A stretch of DNA of 64,000 nucleotides from Oikopleura dioica. Its lineage: Eukaryota > Animalia > Chordata. The stretch spans positions 13,950,001 through 14,014,000 of the forward strand of contig OU015568.1 in assembly GCA_907165135.1 (NCBI GenBank), written 5' to 3'. Within the stretch, counting starts at the first letter, position 1; each line of letters opens with the position of its first letter. Both the position numbers and the translations under genes were made by a program. Shown piece after piece: positions 39,801-48,296 of the stretch. A model generated the notes under the pieces. That model worked only from the letters and a program-made list of their open reading frames with translations. It was not told the origin of the DNA and did not search any database.

Positions 39801-42800
39801 TGGTTGACGTTTGAAGTTTCATTGATAATGGATGACGTAGCAGTCGGTGGTGTCCGTGTAGAGGTGATATTTGCCGACTCGTTACCGACTATTTATGTAA
39901 AATTCTGTTTTTCATTAATTCTTACGAAGACGGCATAGCTCGGAGACGGTTCGTTCATCATAGTAGTCCCATCGATAATCTTGGTCAAACTCCGACGAGT
40001 CGTCCATCGCGTCACGATTTTCAGTCTTATTTATGAAAGAATTTTATGCAATCTCTAGCGATCTGAGTTTCTTTCACAGCCTAAACATTGTCGGGGTTCT
40101 GGGTCGACGGAACAAGAACCAGACAAGGTTGATGAAGGGGAAAATCGCGAAAGCCAGTCCAGCAAGGTAGATGATGAATGTAGCGAGAAGACCAACGCAT
40201 TGAATCGCGAGAAAGACAAGGATCGAGGATTCGATGAAAGTGAGACCTTTTTTTAATTAAGTTAAAAATGAAAGAGTTTTCTGTTTTCTTTTTACCTCTT
40301 TGCTTGTTGACTTGCTGCTCAAGGTCCGAATCGTGAACGTCGTCGCCTTCGTAATTGTCCATTAGCCCAGATTACCGATTCAGTCTTTTATGCAAAAAGA
40401 TGTTATTTATTCACTTTCTTTCTAATTTAATCATTCAAAAAACATTCTTTTCACAGTCCTTTTTCAATCACCAACTGTCGATCCATTCTTGCCAGGATAC
40501 TTGAGGGCACCTCCATTCGTCCTTCTTGTCCTCTTTGTCATCTTCTTGCTGTTCTGTCTGCGTGTTGCTATCCACAGTCGGTTTCCGTCCGTCTTTCTTT
40601 TGCCGTCTTTCATTCAGAATCATTCGTTCTTCGTCTGCGCGTCTGTTTTGCAATTCGAGGTCGCGTTCTTCTAAGAAGACTTTTTTAGTAATAAAATAGG
40701 CTGATCTAACTACCTTCATTATCACAGCAATGCAAAACAAGCACTCTCCGTAAGTCAACCCAGAAGGAGATTATTCGAACTCGTCTTTTGTAAATGAGGA
40801 TTGCGAGCATGACCACTATTATAACCGAAACTGGGGCTAGAATGAAAATGAGAATGATCTTTCTATGTAACTCAATTAACCCGCTATTCCGACAGCGATT
40901 ATTTTTCCATTGAAAATTTCGTCGGGTTCGATTGTATTCGTTGAGGTACCATTGGTAACGGTCGAAAATGTGTGAGTGGTCGACGTTGATCCAAGAGAAG
41001 TTGTAGATGTTGTGTCCGTTGTGTGACCGGGGAACGTCAAAGGAGGGTGGATTGTTGGGAAAAAAAACATTCTTAACTCTTTTCGACTTTATTTTAACAT
41101 AATTTTCAGCTGATTTTATTCAAAATAGGGCATAGATTTTGAGATGAATTTAGTTTGCTTGAAAGAACAACTGCCTGAAACCAAGTTTACATCAAAATCT
41201 ACATCCCAGTTCAATTATCTTCAGCGAAAAAAAAAGAAATTTGTAAAGCAGGTCAGATAAAAAGTCGAAAACAGTCTTTGAGCGTCAATTTGGCGGCTAA
41301 TTCATATCGGTTATTATAATTTTGGCAAGTGGAAGAATTCTTTGAACGTTAATTTAACTCTTATTTCATATCGCCTTGTCTTATTGGTTGTAAATAAATG
41401 ATAAACGCAAAATTAAACCTTTCTTGTTTCTTGAGATGCACTCTATCGTCCAAAGCCTTTGTTACGCTATATTAGAATTTTATTAATCTGTTTTTTCTTT
41501 TTTTTTTTTGTTGTAATACCTTGTTTCGGATAAGTCGCATGTGGACGAATTTTGCGTGGAACATTTTGTCGTCTCTATAAGAATGTCTCTTTAGATTAAT
41601 ATATTAAGCCATTTTAAGTCAATCAGTTTTGAATGAAGAAAATAAAAAGGTTGATTGTCTCGTGATCTTGTTTGCGCTGTATGGCAACTTCAAGTTATGA
41701 TCTGGTGATGAACCTGCATCAGGTGGTTTGATTTTATTGCCTACGCATTCGAGGGTGAAGGAGCGTGCTCAAAACTCGCGCGCCCTGCGGTTCTCGCTAC
41801 CGATTCGCCGATTCATCCCCACGCGCTTAAGACTGCGAGTAACAGTAAAGCGCGCGCTGCTACAGATTCTCCACTCGGCCAGGCGCCAAAAACTTGCATT
41901 CTTTACACATTTTTGATAAGCGTGAGAAACCACCTATTCCCACGAGAACAAAGATGATAAACCTGCAAGATCAAACAAAGATACTAGATACGAATGAAGA
42001 GAAAGATCTCATAAGCAAAATCGAACAGGGAGATCTTGCTGCCCTCATCAAAATTCAATCTGAATTAGGTACTTTTATTTTCATCTATTCATTTATAAAA
42101 CATAATAGATGCCAAGCAGGCAGCTTCGACTTTCATCATCAAGATCACTAACGGTCAACTTGCAGAGTTGCAAAAAATCGTGACAGGTAAATTTCAATCG
42201 TGAAAGAAAAATGACTTATCTCTCCTCAAGAAAAGATCGCGTCTAAAATGGATACTACCACGGAGGATCTGACTGAGGTAATGGAAATGGAAACTTCCGG
42301 CTCTGCTAAATCTGACGATATGGACACAAACTAGGTAAATTTATGTCTCTTTTCCGATCAGAAATAAGCTCTTTTTACGGTTCCAGCTCAAGCAACCATT
42401 ATTGAGTAATCATCCGAAGCATAAAAACAATTCTCCTCTCCTCGTTGATTCCGACAATCACCACTTCATTGAAAATTTTCTCCAGTTTGTTCCTGACGCT
42501 ATTGATAATAGATAAATCCGCTCGTTAATAACTATCAAAACCGCTTATCACACCAGTTCATTTTCTTTTGAGTTCTTAAAGATACCTGCGCCACTTATCG
42601 AAAAAGTTCTTCCCTCTTTTATAACCTGCTATTATAATTCAAATGAACAGTTCCTCAATAATTTAATTGAAATAAAAAAGAAACTCGGTCATATATCTAC
42701 TTTGTTTTTTTTTTTTGTTTTATTTAAACAAGAGTATTATGGACGGCATCAAAAGGTTCTGAAATCGTGATATTCTCACGTCGGTCAGGATTTTTTCGGG

Positions 42801-45800
42801 AAACATTCTTCTTTTTCTCACAGATGATCATACACAATTTTGTGTAGAAGCCAACTGTGATGATAAGACCAATGAAGGCAACGCCGGAAACCCCAGTAAA
42901 GAAACGATGCTGGATTGAAAGAAGTTGATCTTTGAGCTCGCAGATAACATCGAAAAAAGGAAACTCTTCCGAAAGTGGAAGTGAGCGATTCATTTTTTTT
43001 TTCTGATTATTTTGGACCTTATCGTTGCATATTTATGGACTTTTCAGTGCTTATTATCAGTGCTTTTTTCAAACTTGGCAACAAAATGACAAAGTCAAAG
43101 TTTTTTAAACACCATTTTTATTTATAATTTTTTCGGTAAACATGAGTAAATAAGGACAAACACGAGATAAAGAAAGAACACCAAGAAACGCATAAAGAAA
43201 GGTAGAAGTTAGAGTTGAGTGTATGTTTTTATGGGCGAAATTGTGGGAGAAGGATCGGAGTAGGCTTCTTGTTCATAGATGGTCTCTTCGATAAACTCTA
43301 TGGCATCTTTTGTGATAATCCCAAATCTGAAACAGTCATCAAGTGTTTCACCTAAGAGATATGGGCTGAGACAGTGATCAATGATCGTGTCCGGCGTACC
43401 TCCGCGTGAAGGATTTTCCAGTTCTGATTGAAGTTGCTGTCTTTCTCTCTCCTCTGCTTCGGCAACCAACCCATTGATCATGTCATCGTCAACACTGTCG
43501 TCGTCGTCAAAGGTATCAGTGAGATCGATAACTATGAAAATATATTTATATATCTTTTTTTTTAATAATAGATACCTTCTGACCCGTCTTTCATATGACC
43601 ATCGACGTTGATTTTCCGATCAGGAGAGCCTGTTAAGTCAATAACTGAATCATGATAAACAATCTGGTAGAAAAATGTCTCTAACCTTGATCGTTTTTGT
43701 TTTCAGCAGGTGCGGCGAAGCGGATAACGCTTCTCCCGAAGCGCTGGTTAGGATCGTAGTCAGGTGGAGGTGATTTACCGATGATTTCCCATTGGGATGG
43801 ACTCCAGAGTTGCCATTTTTGAGACTTCTGCTGATCATCTTGACGTCGACAGCTTGATTCAGGACTGCCCTGGATCAGTTGAGAGCTTGGTCCAGGAGTG
43901 TCCTCGATCAGTTGAGAGCTTGGTGTAGGAGCGTCTCCGATCAGTCGTGAGCTTGATCTAGGTGTGTCTTCGATCAGTTGAGAGCGTGGTGATGGAGCGT
44001 CCCCGATCAGTCGAGAGCTTGGTCCAGGTGTGTCTTCGATCAGTCGAGAGCTTGGTCCAGGGGTGTCTTCGATCAGTTGAGAGCTCAACTCACCTTCGGT
44101 TTGAGAATTTTGTCCTGAGTGATGGTCTTTGTTATTGACATCATGAGCAGGCTGAAAGACTTCTTCTTCCGACTCGTAGTCCTCAACGTTTGAATAATCG
44201 TCACTCTCTAAAGCATCAGGCTCATTTTCGGACTCATCTTCCTGTTGATTGTTTTCTTCTAAGTCGTCAGCGGTATTCTTTTGCTTTTCTTCGTGTCGTG
44301 TATAACCGAAACTATCACGAGTTTGCTCATCCTCGATGTCATCGAAAACGTTTCTTGGTTGGACAGCTTCTCGGCGGACTCGTTTTGAAGGTTGTTCCGC
44401 GGCTTCTTCCTCTCGCAGTCTCTTTGAGGAATGGGCTTTTTTCTGCTTGAGTTTATCCTGACGCGCTTCCTCTGAAGACTTGGTTTCCTCCTCGGAGTCA
44501 AAGACCAAACGCCGTCTCGCGCCTAGAAAGTTTTAAAACTCTTTCGTAAACACCATGATATACCGCGAAGATTCGACCTCACATATGAGAGTTTTTCCTT
44601 CCGGGGAGCTTTTGGAATGGAATTACCTCGGGTGTGGGGAGGTGTGGTAGGAACCCATTCTTCATCACACGAGTCCTCTTCAGAGGAAGACTCATAAGCG
44701 CTAGAAACGTCACAATCGATCTCACTGCTAAATTCTTCGAGAATGTGTTCGAGCCTGAGGTTGCACTGGGAGCTTTTATCAGTCATATCAAGTGTCCCCC
44801 CTGAAAATATGATAAGATAATAAGAATCGTATTTTTGTCTACTTACGTAAATCACGAAGGACTGGTTCTTTGTCCTCGACATTTGCGAGTTCGTCCTCAA
44901 ACTCGCTAGCAAGTCGGTCTGTTTCATTGCGGTAATTAATATCTGCTTTTTGTATCTTCTTGAGAATTTTCAAGCACTTAGCCATTTTAAAATTTGACAG
45001 ATAGGTCAAATTTTGCACGATATTTATACGGACTGATCTTCAGCGCCGACGTAGATTTTTTGGCACACTTGTTTATCAACGCCAATTACCGGTTGCTTTG
45101 AAAATTCAAGCGATCATTTGTTCAAAATGTCAGTTTATTTTCCAGCGTTTGAACAAATTCACAATATTTTATTGACTCTGGACCTATATTGACTCAACTC
45201 ATGCATATTTTTCTTTGATGTATTTATAAACAGTGTCAAAGGACGTTTCCTCTTTTGAACTGCATGAGATCTGGTCTAAAACGAAAGACCACTTGTAAAA
45301 ATATCGCCTTAGCTCAATAATATCTCTCAGAAATCTGTCCGATCCCGAAAATACCTCAGAAATCTGTCCGATCCCGAAAATACCTCAGGAATCTGTCCGA
45401 TCCCAAAAATACCTCAGATATCGCCCCGATCCCAAAAATACCTCAGAAATCGCCCCGATCCCAAAATACCTCAGGAATCGCCCCGATCCCAAAAATACCT
45501 CAGGAATCGCCCCGATCCCAAAAATACCTCAGGAATCGCCCCGATCCCAAAAATACCTCAGGAATCGCCCCGATCTCAAAAATACCTTTCAGAATCGGTC
45601 TGATCCCAAAAATACCTTCGGAATCGGCCTGTAATACTTTCAAAAGCTGGTCTGAGCCCAACAATACTCCGTTTCAGCTTGAGCTCAGTCCACATGCTGG
45701 ATAAAATCTCTCATTCCAATAACACTCTGTAGCAGCTAAGAACTCGATATTGTTGCTCCTATTTCTGAGCTGGACTTCTGCGACCCTGATAATTTTCCTT

Positions 45801-47962
45801 TTTAACTTCATGTTAACACTTTTTTCTTGAATAGAAAAACGACTTATTTATATTTGAGATAATTTATTAAGGATATCCAATGACGATGACAATAAATAAA
45901 TATCAAGCTTCATTTTACAGAAATAGAAACATTGAGAGTAGCTTACAAAGGAATAAGTGCTTTAGAGTTTCATTTTACTTTTTCTTAGAAGTATAAGTAC
46001 TGTTCATGCTATTCATCTTCTAGTTTCATTTTATGTCGAGTGTGAAGATTCTTGCCGCTCGAGCGAACTTGATTCGAAAATGAACCAAAAGAGGGAGCCA
46101 CATTCTTTGAGATAACCCACTGAGTCCGTCTATTTGTTTTACTTCTTTGAAACGGAAATCGATTAGTTACTTGATCCTTTGAAAGATGAAATTTTGATCC
46201 TGATGATTAGTTCTCATAAAAATGAATTTCTTACTATGTTTGGATGGCTAATGTTACATGTAATAATGAAGAGCAAATAATGAAGAAGTTTCATCATTTT
46301 AGTATCCAGAAAGTTTTTTCATTGAAACTTTATCTGAAAGAACGAAATAGATTTCCGTCATTTTGGGTGAAAAGCGCCACGCTGCCCGTCGCATTCCCGA
46401 TACAATCCCTACTCATGTTTATATTTGAAAAGTCTCATCTCAGGGTCAGTTTCGGGTCTCAAGGGATTCGCCTGCCCCCGAACAGGCGGGTGACAAAAAT
46501 GATCGGACCAAGCGGGTGACAAGCCGGCGATGCTCGAACTGCCCATCTCCGCAGGGAACAGCGAGTCTCGGTTGGTCTTATTTTTACAGAGGATCAAGAT
46601 TATTTTCGACCCTAAATTTTTAACGGTAAGTTCTCCTTTGTCAGATTTCTATTGCTAGAAATTTACTCTTTTCTGTTAAGGCTACTGAAAAGATCTCTGG
46701 CAGCAAATTTCCAGAAAAGTTATGTTTTTACCATAAAATGATGAAAGATAAGAAGAGATCAGCTGGATAATTAAAAAAGACTTTTCAAACGGAAAAAGAT
46801 CACACGACAGCTAAATTATAATTAGATTACAATAGGATGAACTTTGATGGAGGTTTTATTGAATAAACTCAAGTTTTCAGAAGTTTTGAGTATGATTTTC
46901 GGAATCTCCATGGTCGAATTAGTATAAATCACTTTTTCCTGAAAATTTTTGAGCAAAAATGCTCATGGCCCTCCGAAAAGTGAGCCTTGTGCAGATCAGC
47001 TGGACCGTCGCAACAAACGTCTGATTATGATTTTCCTCGGTGGATTAGCGATTTCCCACTGAAACTCGCTGTTTTTGTTAATAAACAACATAAAAGTTTC
47101 TAGAAGGTTATTTTAATAAGTTCAAGTTATTTGAATAACGGTTATCGTAATAACAAGTTATTTGAATAACAAGTTATTTCAATAACAAGTTATTTGAATA
47201 ACTTGGTTATTAAAATAACCTTCTAGAAATTTTTATGTTATTTTTGAGCTTCCTTTGTTTTGAAGACTCATGTTTATATTTTATATTTAGTTTACTAATA
47301 TTTATCATATGTTTACGTTTAATATAAATATTTTAACTTGTTTATATATTTCATAAATATTTATAATTATTTACCTTTCTTTGTTTACATTATCTCCATT
47401 ATTGAAAAAAGCTTATGTACATACTACTCTCGATGAGTCGGTTTTGACATGTTTTCAGCACTACGGAAATCGAAGATCTCCACGTTAAATTGGCGGAATC
47501 AGATGCCATGTGCGAAAAGTGGAAGGCGGAGTACGAAGAGCTCGAGAACTTCTACGCGCCGATCCGAGCTGATCTCGCTAAATTCGCTGAAGAGAGCAGA
47601 CACTGGGGGTAAGTCAAATCAAAAGTTAAAACGTTGTTACATGAACTGTTCAGCTCTGAAAACGAAAAGAAGTCGAAGGAGTTGGCAGCTCTGAACTCGA
47701 AATTGGCGGACCAGATGAGCCACGCCAATCACAAGCAAAAGATCAAGTACATGGTAAGTCAATGAATTCAAGAGCGCCTTGTTCACATTCCTTTCAGAAC
47801 AAGATCAAAGACGAGAACGAGCTGCTCAAGACCAAACTGTCCTTCGCCGAGTGTCAGATGAAGAAGCTCAAGAAAGAAAACGACGCTCTTCGTGATGACC
47901 TCAACGTCGTCCGAAACGTACGACGCTTCGACCCCAAAAAGGCTTTCCAAGGAAAGCAATAA
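21805..47962 (+). CDS. HMMR: Hyaluronan-mediated motility receptor (RHAMM) coiled-coil spindle protein, split by the Polinton insertion in intron 24525-47458
   Basis: N-terminus MSFAKSKRTTYFDD...PGPERYNP, long coiled coil, C-terminal HANHKQKIKYM-NKIKDENELLK...RRFDPKKAF motif; exons join in frame across the insertion (DR|TTEIEDL). Confidence 0.85.
24544..24878 (+). repeat. Left terminal inverted repeat
   Basis: Reverse complement of ~47072-47428; the right copy has an extra ~19-nt segment and a few substitutions. Confidence 0.93.
25580..26707 (+). CDS. Polinton A32/FtsK-like packaging ATPase, with Ser/Lys-rich tail overlapping the integrase frame
   Basis: Walker A GSSGAGKT, Walker B IVLDDL, then SGKRSLNVMIMTQN typical of Polinton ATPases. 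Confidence 0.92.
   Translation: MSTMISGEILPQKEFAYPFRILLSGSSGAGKTYIAKQVLLNRHLFQKKTKRVLYFYPCFLEEKPVQWDDLGIPVSYRVGIPSQDDIDEMMPHTTIVLDDLYEEAIQSQAIDHLFRVTSGKRSLNVMIMTQNNYAAGKFGRNIRLNCNATFLCRNCLDGTINKRVCNTAGLQKAFKRASEDIKNKSYPYMFLDQSPRGHASSYRLYTDIFSKYPVVYSVTGMKACIVPFNDFKQNFNIIERENTFEATAKKDDEKYSSCKTIETSRVKAKTRCDSFTDDSSESEVERKRTRKRRKRSVPEKKSKKKTKKSKRRRPSTSSESETSSASSSSGKESSESTSDSEKTEEDSDGSDSSPVRKRCKRSSVLSESSGVSQAE
26331..27548 (+). CDS. Polinton retroviral-like DDE integrase
   Basis: FMGDL, YVLLIIDCFSRFIW, LITDEGLEF, ASMAERVNQTIK, YNSTPHRAIGMAP; C-terminal VRV...FEKGY...NWT module. Confidence 0.95.
   Translation: MTKNTHRAKQSKHQGLKQKQDVTALQMTRQSRRLRGKEPENDERDLSPRRNQRKRQRNPSEDDHQLPPKVKHPQQAQAQVKNQVNQQATLKKQKKTVTDQIQALYENVASAPAFSAKVAEFLRQNKTHSTHRRITKKRFPRRKIIVDSPFKIFMGDLIEYKKFKFSNRQYAYVLLIIDCFSRFIWTRPVKTKGGIDVANALNDIFQDFLEWPNSLITDEGLEFYNVNVKKILDRYGMHHYSIKTKLKASMAERVNQTIKKRVELFMKSNKTKNWIDVLPEIVKGYNSTPHRAIGMAPSQVSHENRAQVFAHLFPDFDLKVKPRLKIGNVVRVKIEKGIFEKGYTQNWTDKIYVIIDIRQRAGVVWYKIADEEGNRQPGIKYYFELNFVADDLESFRDNDQGAESS
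27499..27865 (+). CDS. Candidate minor capsid (penton-like single jelly-roll) protein; needs a 1-nt correction in the A8 run at 27560-27567
   Basis: MILNLFETMTKELKVPEIFF + EKNQEYNVQIISAVCN...AFITCNSIASCYG...FPLN...FSIDL...FSLQILI; beta-strand pattern and position between integrase and protease; family assignment is inference. Confidence 0.4.
27862..28077 (+). CDS. Small highly basic protein, candidate virion core protein
   Basis: 71 aa, 27 K+R versus 2 D+E, contains QSGAG; ATGA overlaps with both neighbours. Confidence 0.6.
   Translation: MKTIIASLENRPKKWFPKSQSGAGKRKSKNGPTKLKLTPGRKHPNTKTKKKRNQTTKDLKKSKKSSKKKKA
28074..28493 (+). CDS. Adenain-like cysteine maturation protease
   Basis: GSHWISL (His), IEIFDSLG (Asp), TQSDSSFYCGFY (Gln, Cys); ATG at 28074 within ORF 27903-28493. 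Confidence 0.92.
   Translation: MNSYLIAKRLERVEHFQGVYSIDTLPKIENFPSFIVVNLSPEISKGSHWISLRIIKSKIEIFDSLGLKKYPTQLFDFFGDKETFFYKRTQSDSSFYCGFYVCFFVIFRSLYSRQKLSSLFTHSFTVNDQLLLFKLSQLW
28546..29854 (+). CDS. Polinton major capsid protein (double jelly-roll), ~407 aa, two introns (28800-28841, 29520-29563) and a 1-nt deletion in the T5 run at 29064-29068
   Basis: Joined frame gives ...KPLPQNTDLSITLYR...GGNTPAYLFFGLIQTEALHGSSKIDSSNFSFFNNLVQVNVMLNGQSLNGYP..., matching the recalled Polinton MCP pattern; size and position next to the protease fit. Confidence 0.78.
29876..30268 (+). CDS. Polinton hypothetical protein, 130 aa
   Basis: ORF 21 nt after the MCP stop, same strand. Confidence 0.5.
   Translation: MNRALINQRFRTSGLLLPAHLIIKMFVTIKTFTFRSYNGGGFFRVKGTYIPGFETDLDYSRPTKEINLRLFAKTGDEVSNVFQALQMHTESQRPADLYTTSDAKQSDWEKEHNVKPSYTFRFNRPVDQKI
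30450..30695 (+). CDS. Polinton hypothetical protein, 81 aa (HxxHxxCxxC motif)
   Basis: ORF with DHRHPECLIC; small, so uncertain. Confidence 0.4.
   Translation: MPSAFSNLMSKFYSPVIRKMSFLNKIKKFFCGYANSTTETIEVTAEEAAIMKGHKNYEDHRHPECLICAMLDGYVAKRLKN
30960..31358 (+). CDS. Polinton hypothetical protein, 132 aa
   Basis: Open frame with CPVC near the C-terminus; last gene of the plus-strand block. Confidence 0.5.
   Translation: MFLQKVESFSCTSYRSGVLLNIVGICGDDENSSQKVRLHYTSVNVTNNVLAFEKIAIMNKNRKSGKESWIPVQILGTAPKKVDDEQNNIVSSYFVDFKDFTLKYERQDLSDDCPVCKTKDVFRWIQKEDNEL
31546..31700 (-). repeat. 29-bp tandem array (GAGGTATTTTTGGGATCGGGGAGCTCAGA), ~5 copies
   Basis: Direct reading; the core is the reverse complement of the 45320-45640 unit. 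Confidence 0.95.
31755..32590. repeat. 19-bp minisatellite (CTCTGACCCCTTGACAGGC variants) with higher-order blocks
   Basis: About 40 units; variant ACTGGCCTTAGTCCACCCTG recurs at multiples of the unit length. Confidence 0.95.
32720..33265 (-). CDS. Polinton hypothetical protein, 181 aa, downstream of pPolB
   Basis: Clean ATG-stop ORF with TATAAA 24 nt upstream. Confidence 0.75.
   Translation of the reverse strand: MPFYQSERVDLEAIRKEYGGTYIPLSKEELEYFEKTEKMGQLQNRVIIAPPKPGRIVEHAHVRLLINKNFDLFNVVDDLFEFISPPFRFGIDFAFLLENPVTEDPDSRFRFVWPQISTSLPIEPNLIKNKSSKKEFLQNIPDWTDIPRLVDITHQNQSMFRKSGYNITKLLTCSLYITKMK
33379..37293 (-). CDS. Protein-primed family B DNA polymerase (pPolB), five introns, 1-nt deletion at 35946-35950; true start uncertain
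   Basis: ExoI FVTFDIET (made by splicing), ExoII FNSSGFD, FKDA, motif A DFNALY, motif B KTIGNCGGFGK, motif C YCDTDS, PGLLKSE, KRSTKGV; introns 36393-36434, 35427-35472, 35156-35201, 33919-33961, 33708-33750. Confidence 0.95.
37438..38039 (+). CDS. RING-HC (C3HC4) E3 ubiquitin-ligase-like protein, 187 aa, one intron (37846-37883)
   Basis: After splicing: CVIC-x11-CLH-x2-CADC-x17-CPIC; extra N-terminal CxxC pairs (CRIC, CKDC). Confidence 0.85.
38350..38620 (+). repeat. Degenerate ~30-bp tandem array (AATACCTCYGGAAACTGGTCTGAGCC-like)
   Basis: About 8-9 diverged units sharing AATACCTC with the other arrays. Confidence 0.85.
39159..39497 (-). CDS. Polinton small protein with one hydrophobic segment (VIAILILLLFFYIVY); likely spliced to downstream exons
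   Basis: ORF plus a GTAAG donor right after the hydrophobic stretch and an acceptor near 39146. Confidence 0.45.
   Translation of the reverse strand: MNTDMKLKLEYCRQFFHSEMFFPFFKGFSGPNRNNGRNGEGFPDQGRQQDDQSRNHSNPEGECTNPDDDFEFDVDIQKGRVRTNDRVIAILILLLFFYIVYESKKSNLSKEF
39582..39970 (-). CDS. Polinton candidate type-I membrane glycoprotein (Ser/Thr stalk with NES/NIT/NET sequons, TM IVITLLAFNTILLLTLILILC, KKKK)
   Basis: Exon fragments read by hand; one junction is off by one base, possibly the A5 run. Confidence 0.45.
40710..41070 (-). CDS. Polinton candidate mucin-like single-pass membrane protein, intron 40837-40880
   Basis: Thr-rich HTTDTTSTTSLGSTSTTHTFSTVTNGTST; splicing yields TM IIAVGIAAPVSVIIVVMLAILIY followed by KRR. 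Confidence 0.55.
41954..42334 (+). CDS. Polinton hypothetical acidic helical protein, 98 aa, two introns (42069-42108, 42187-42230)
   Basis: Both GT-AG introns keep the frame to a stop at 42332-42334. Confidence 0.65.
42724..42993 (-). CDS. Polinton small single-pass membrane protein, 89 aa
   Basis: FFTGVSGVAFIGLIITVGFY hydrophobic segment then basic KKK; TATA-like motif 39 nt upstream. Confidence 0.55.
   Translation of the reverse strand: MNRSLPLSEEFPFFDVICELKDQLLSIQHRFFTGVSGVAFIGLIITVGFYTKLCMIICEKKKNVSRKNPDRRENITISEPFDAVHNTLV
43209..44985 (-). CDS. Polinton acidic disordered protein with RxL motif, 11-aa repeats and two VIDLT SIMs; at least 4 introns
   Basis: Start MAKCLKILKK at 44985; introns 44801-44846, 44523-44563 and 43532-43575 keep the frame; the junction near 43665-43730 is unresolved. 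Confidence 0.65.
43850..44090 (-). repeat. 33-bp coding tandem repeat (SSQLIEDTPGP x~7)
   Basis: Direct reading of the DNA and of ORF 43681-44508. Confidence 0.9.
45320..45660 (+). repeat. 29-bp tandem array (CGCCCCGATCCCAAAAATACCTCAGGAAT), ~10 copies
   Basis: Direct reading; inverted relative of 31546-31700. Confidence 0.95.
47072..47428 (-). repeat. Right terminal inverted repeat
   Basis: Reverse complement of the left TIR, ending ...GTACATACTACT. Confidence 0.93.
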
Positions 47963-48296
47963 ATATTTAAATATTTCATCTTGTATATTTATTTTCATTC
48001 ACAACACATTTTTATTGTATATATTCCTGTACTCACATGACCGTTTCTCACTGTGCACACAAGTTCAACACACACATTCCGCGGAATAAAACTGCCGTTT
48101 TGTTACACGACCATGTTCTTTCTTGTTTTATTGCAGAGCAGGAATTGTCAAGTAAGAGGTAAATGAGGATGTTCGGATTGGATAGTTCTGTCCAACAGGC
48201 AGTAACATCTTATAATCGGGTCATTCCTAAGGGTATCATCGTCAATGAATCATTGACAATGATCCATCGAAAAACCAACCCGTTTTCGATTTAAGA

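Larger units (their letters stand above)
24544..47428. mobile_element. Full-length Polinton/Maverick element (22,885 bp)
   Basis: Termini AGTAGT...ACTACT, long TIRs, 6-bp TSD CTCGAT (24538-24543, 47429-47434), and ATPase, integrase, protease, capsid and pPolB genes. Confidence 0.97.

Noticed and set aside
44600-44625. KAPRK histone H3-tail mimic in the SIM protein
   Set aside because: Only five residues in a low-complexity basic stretch; could be chance
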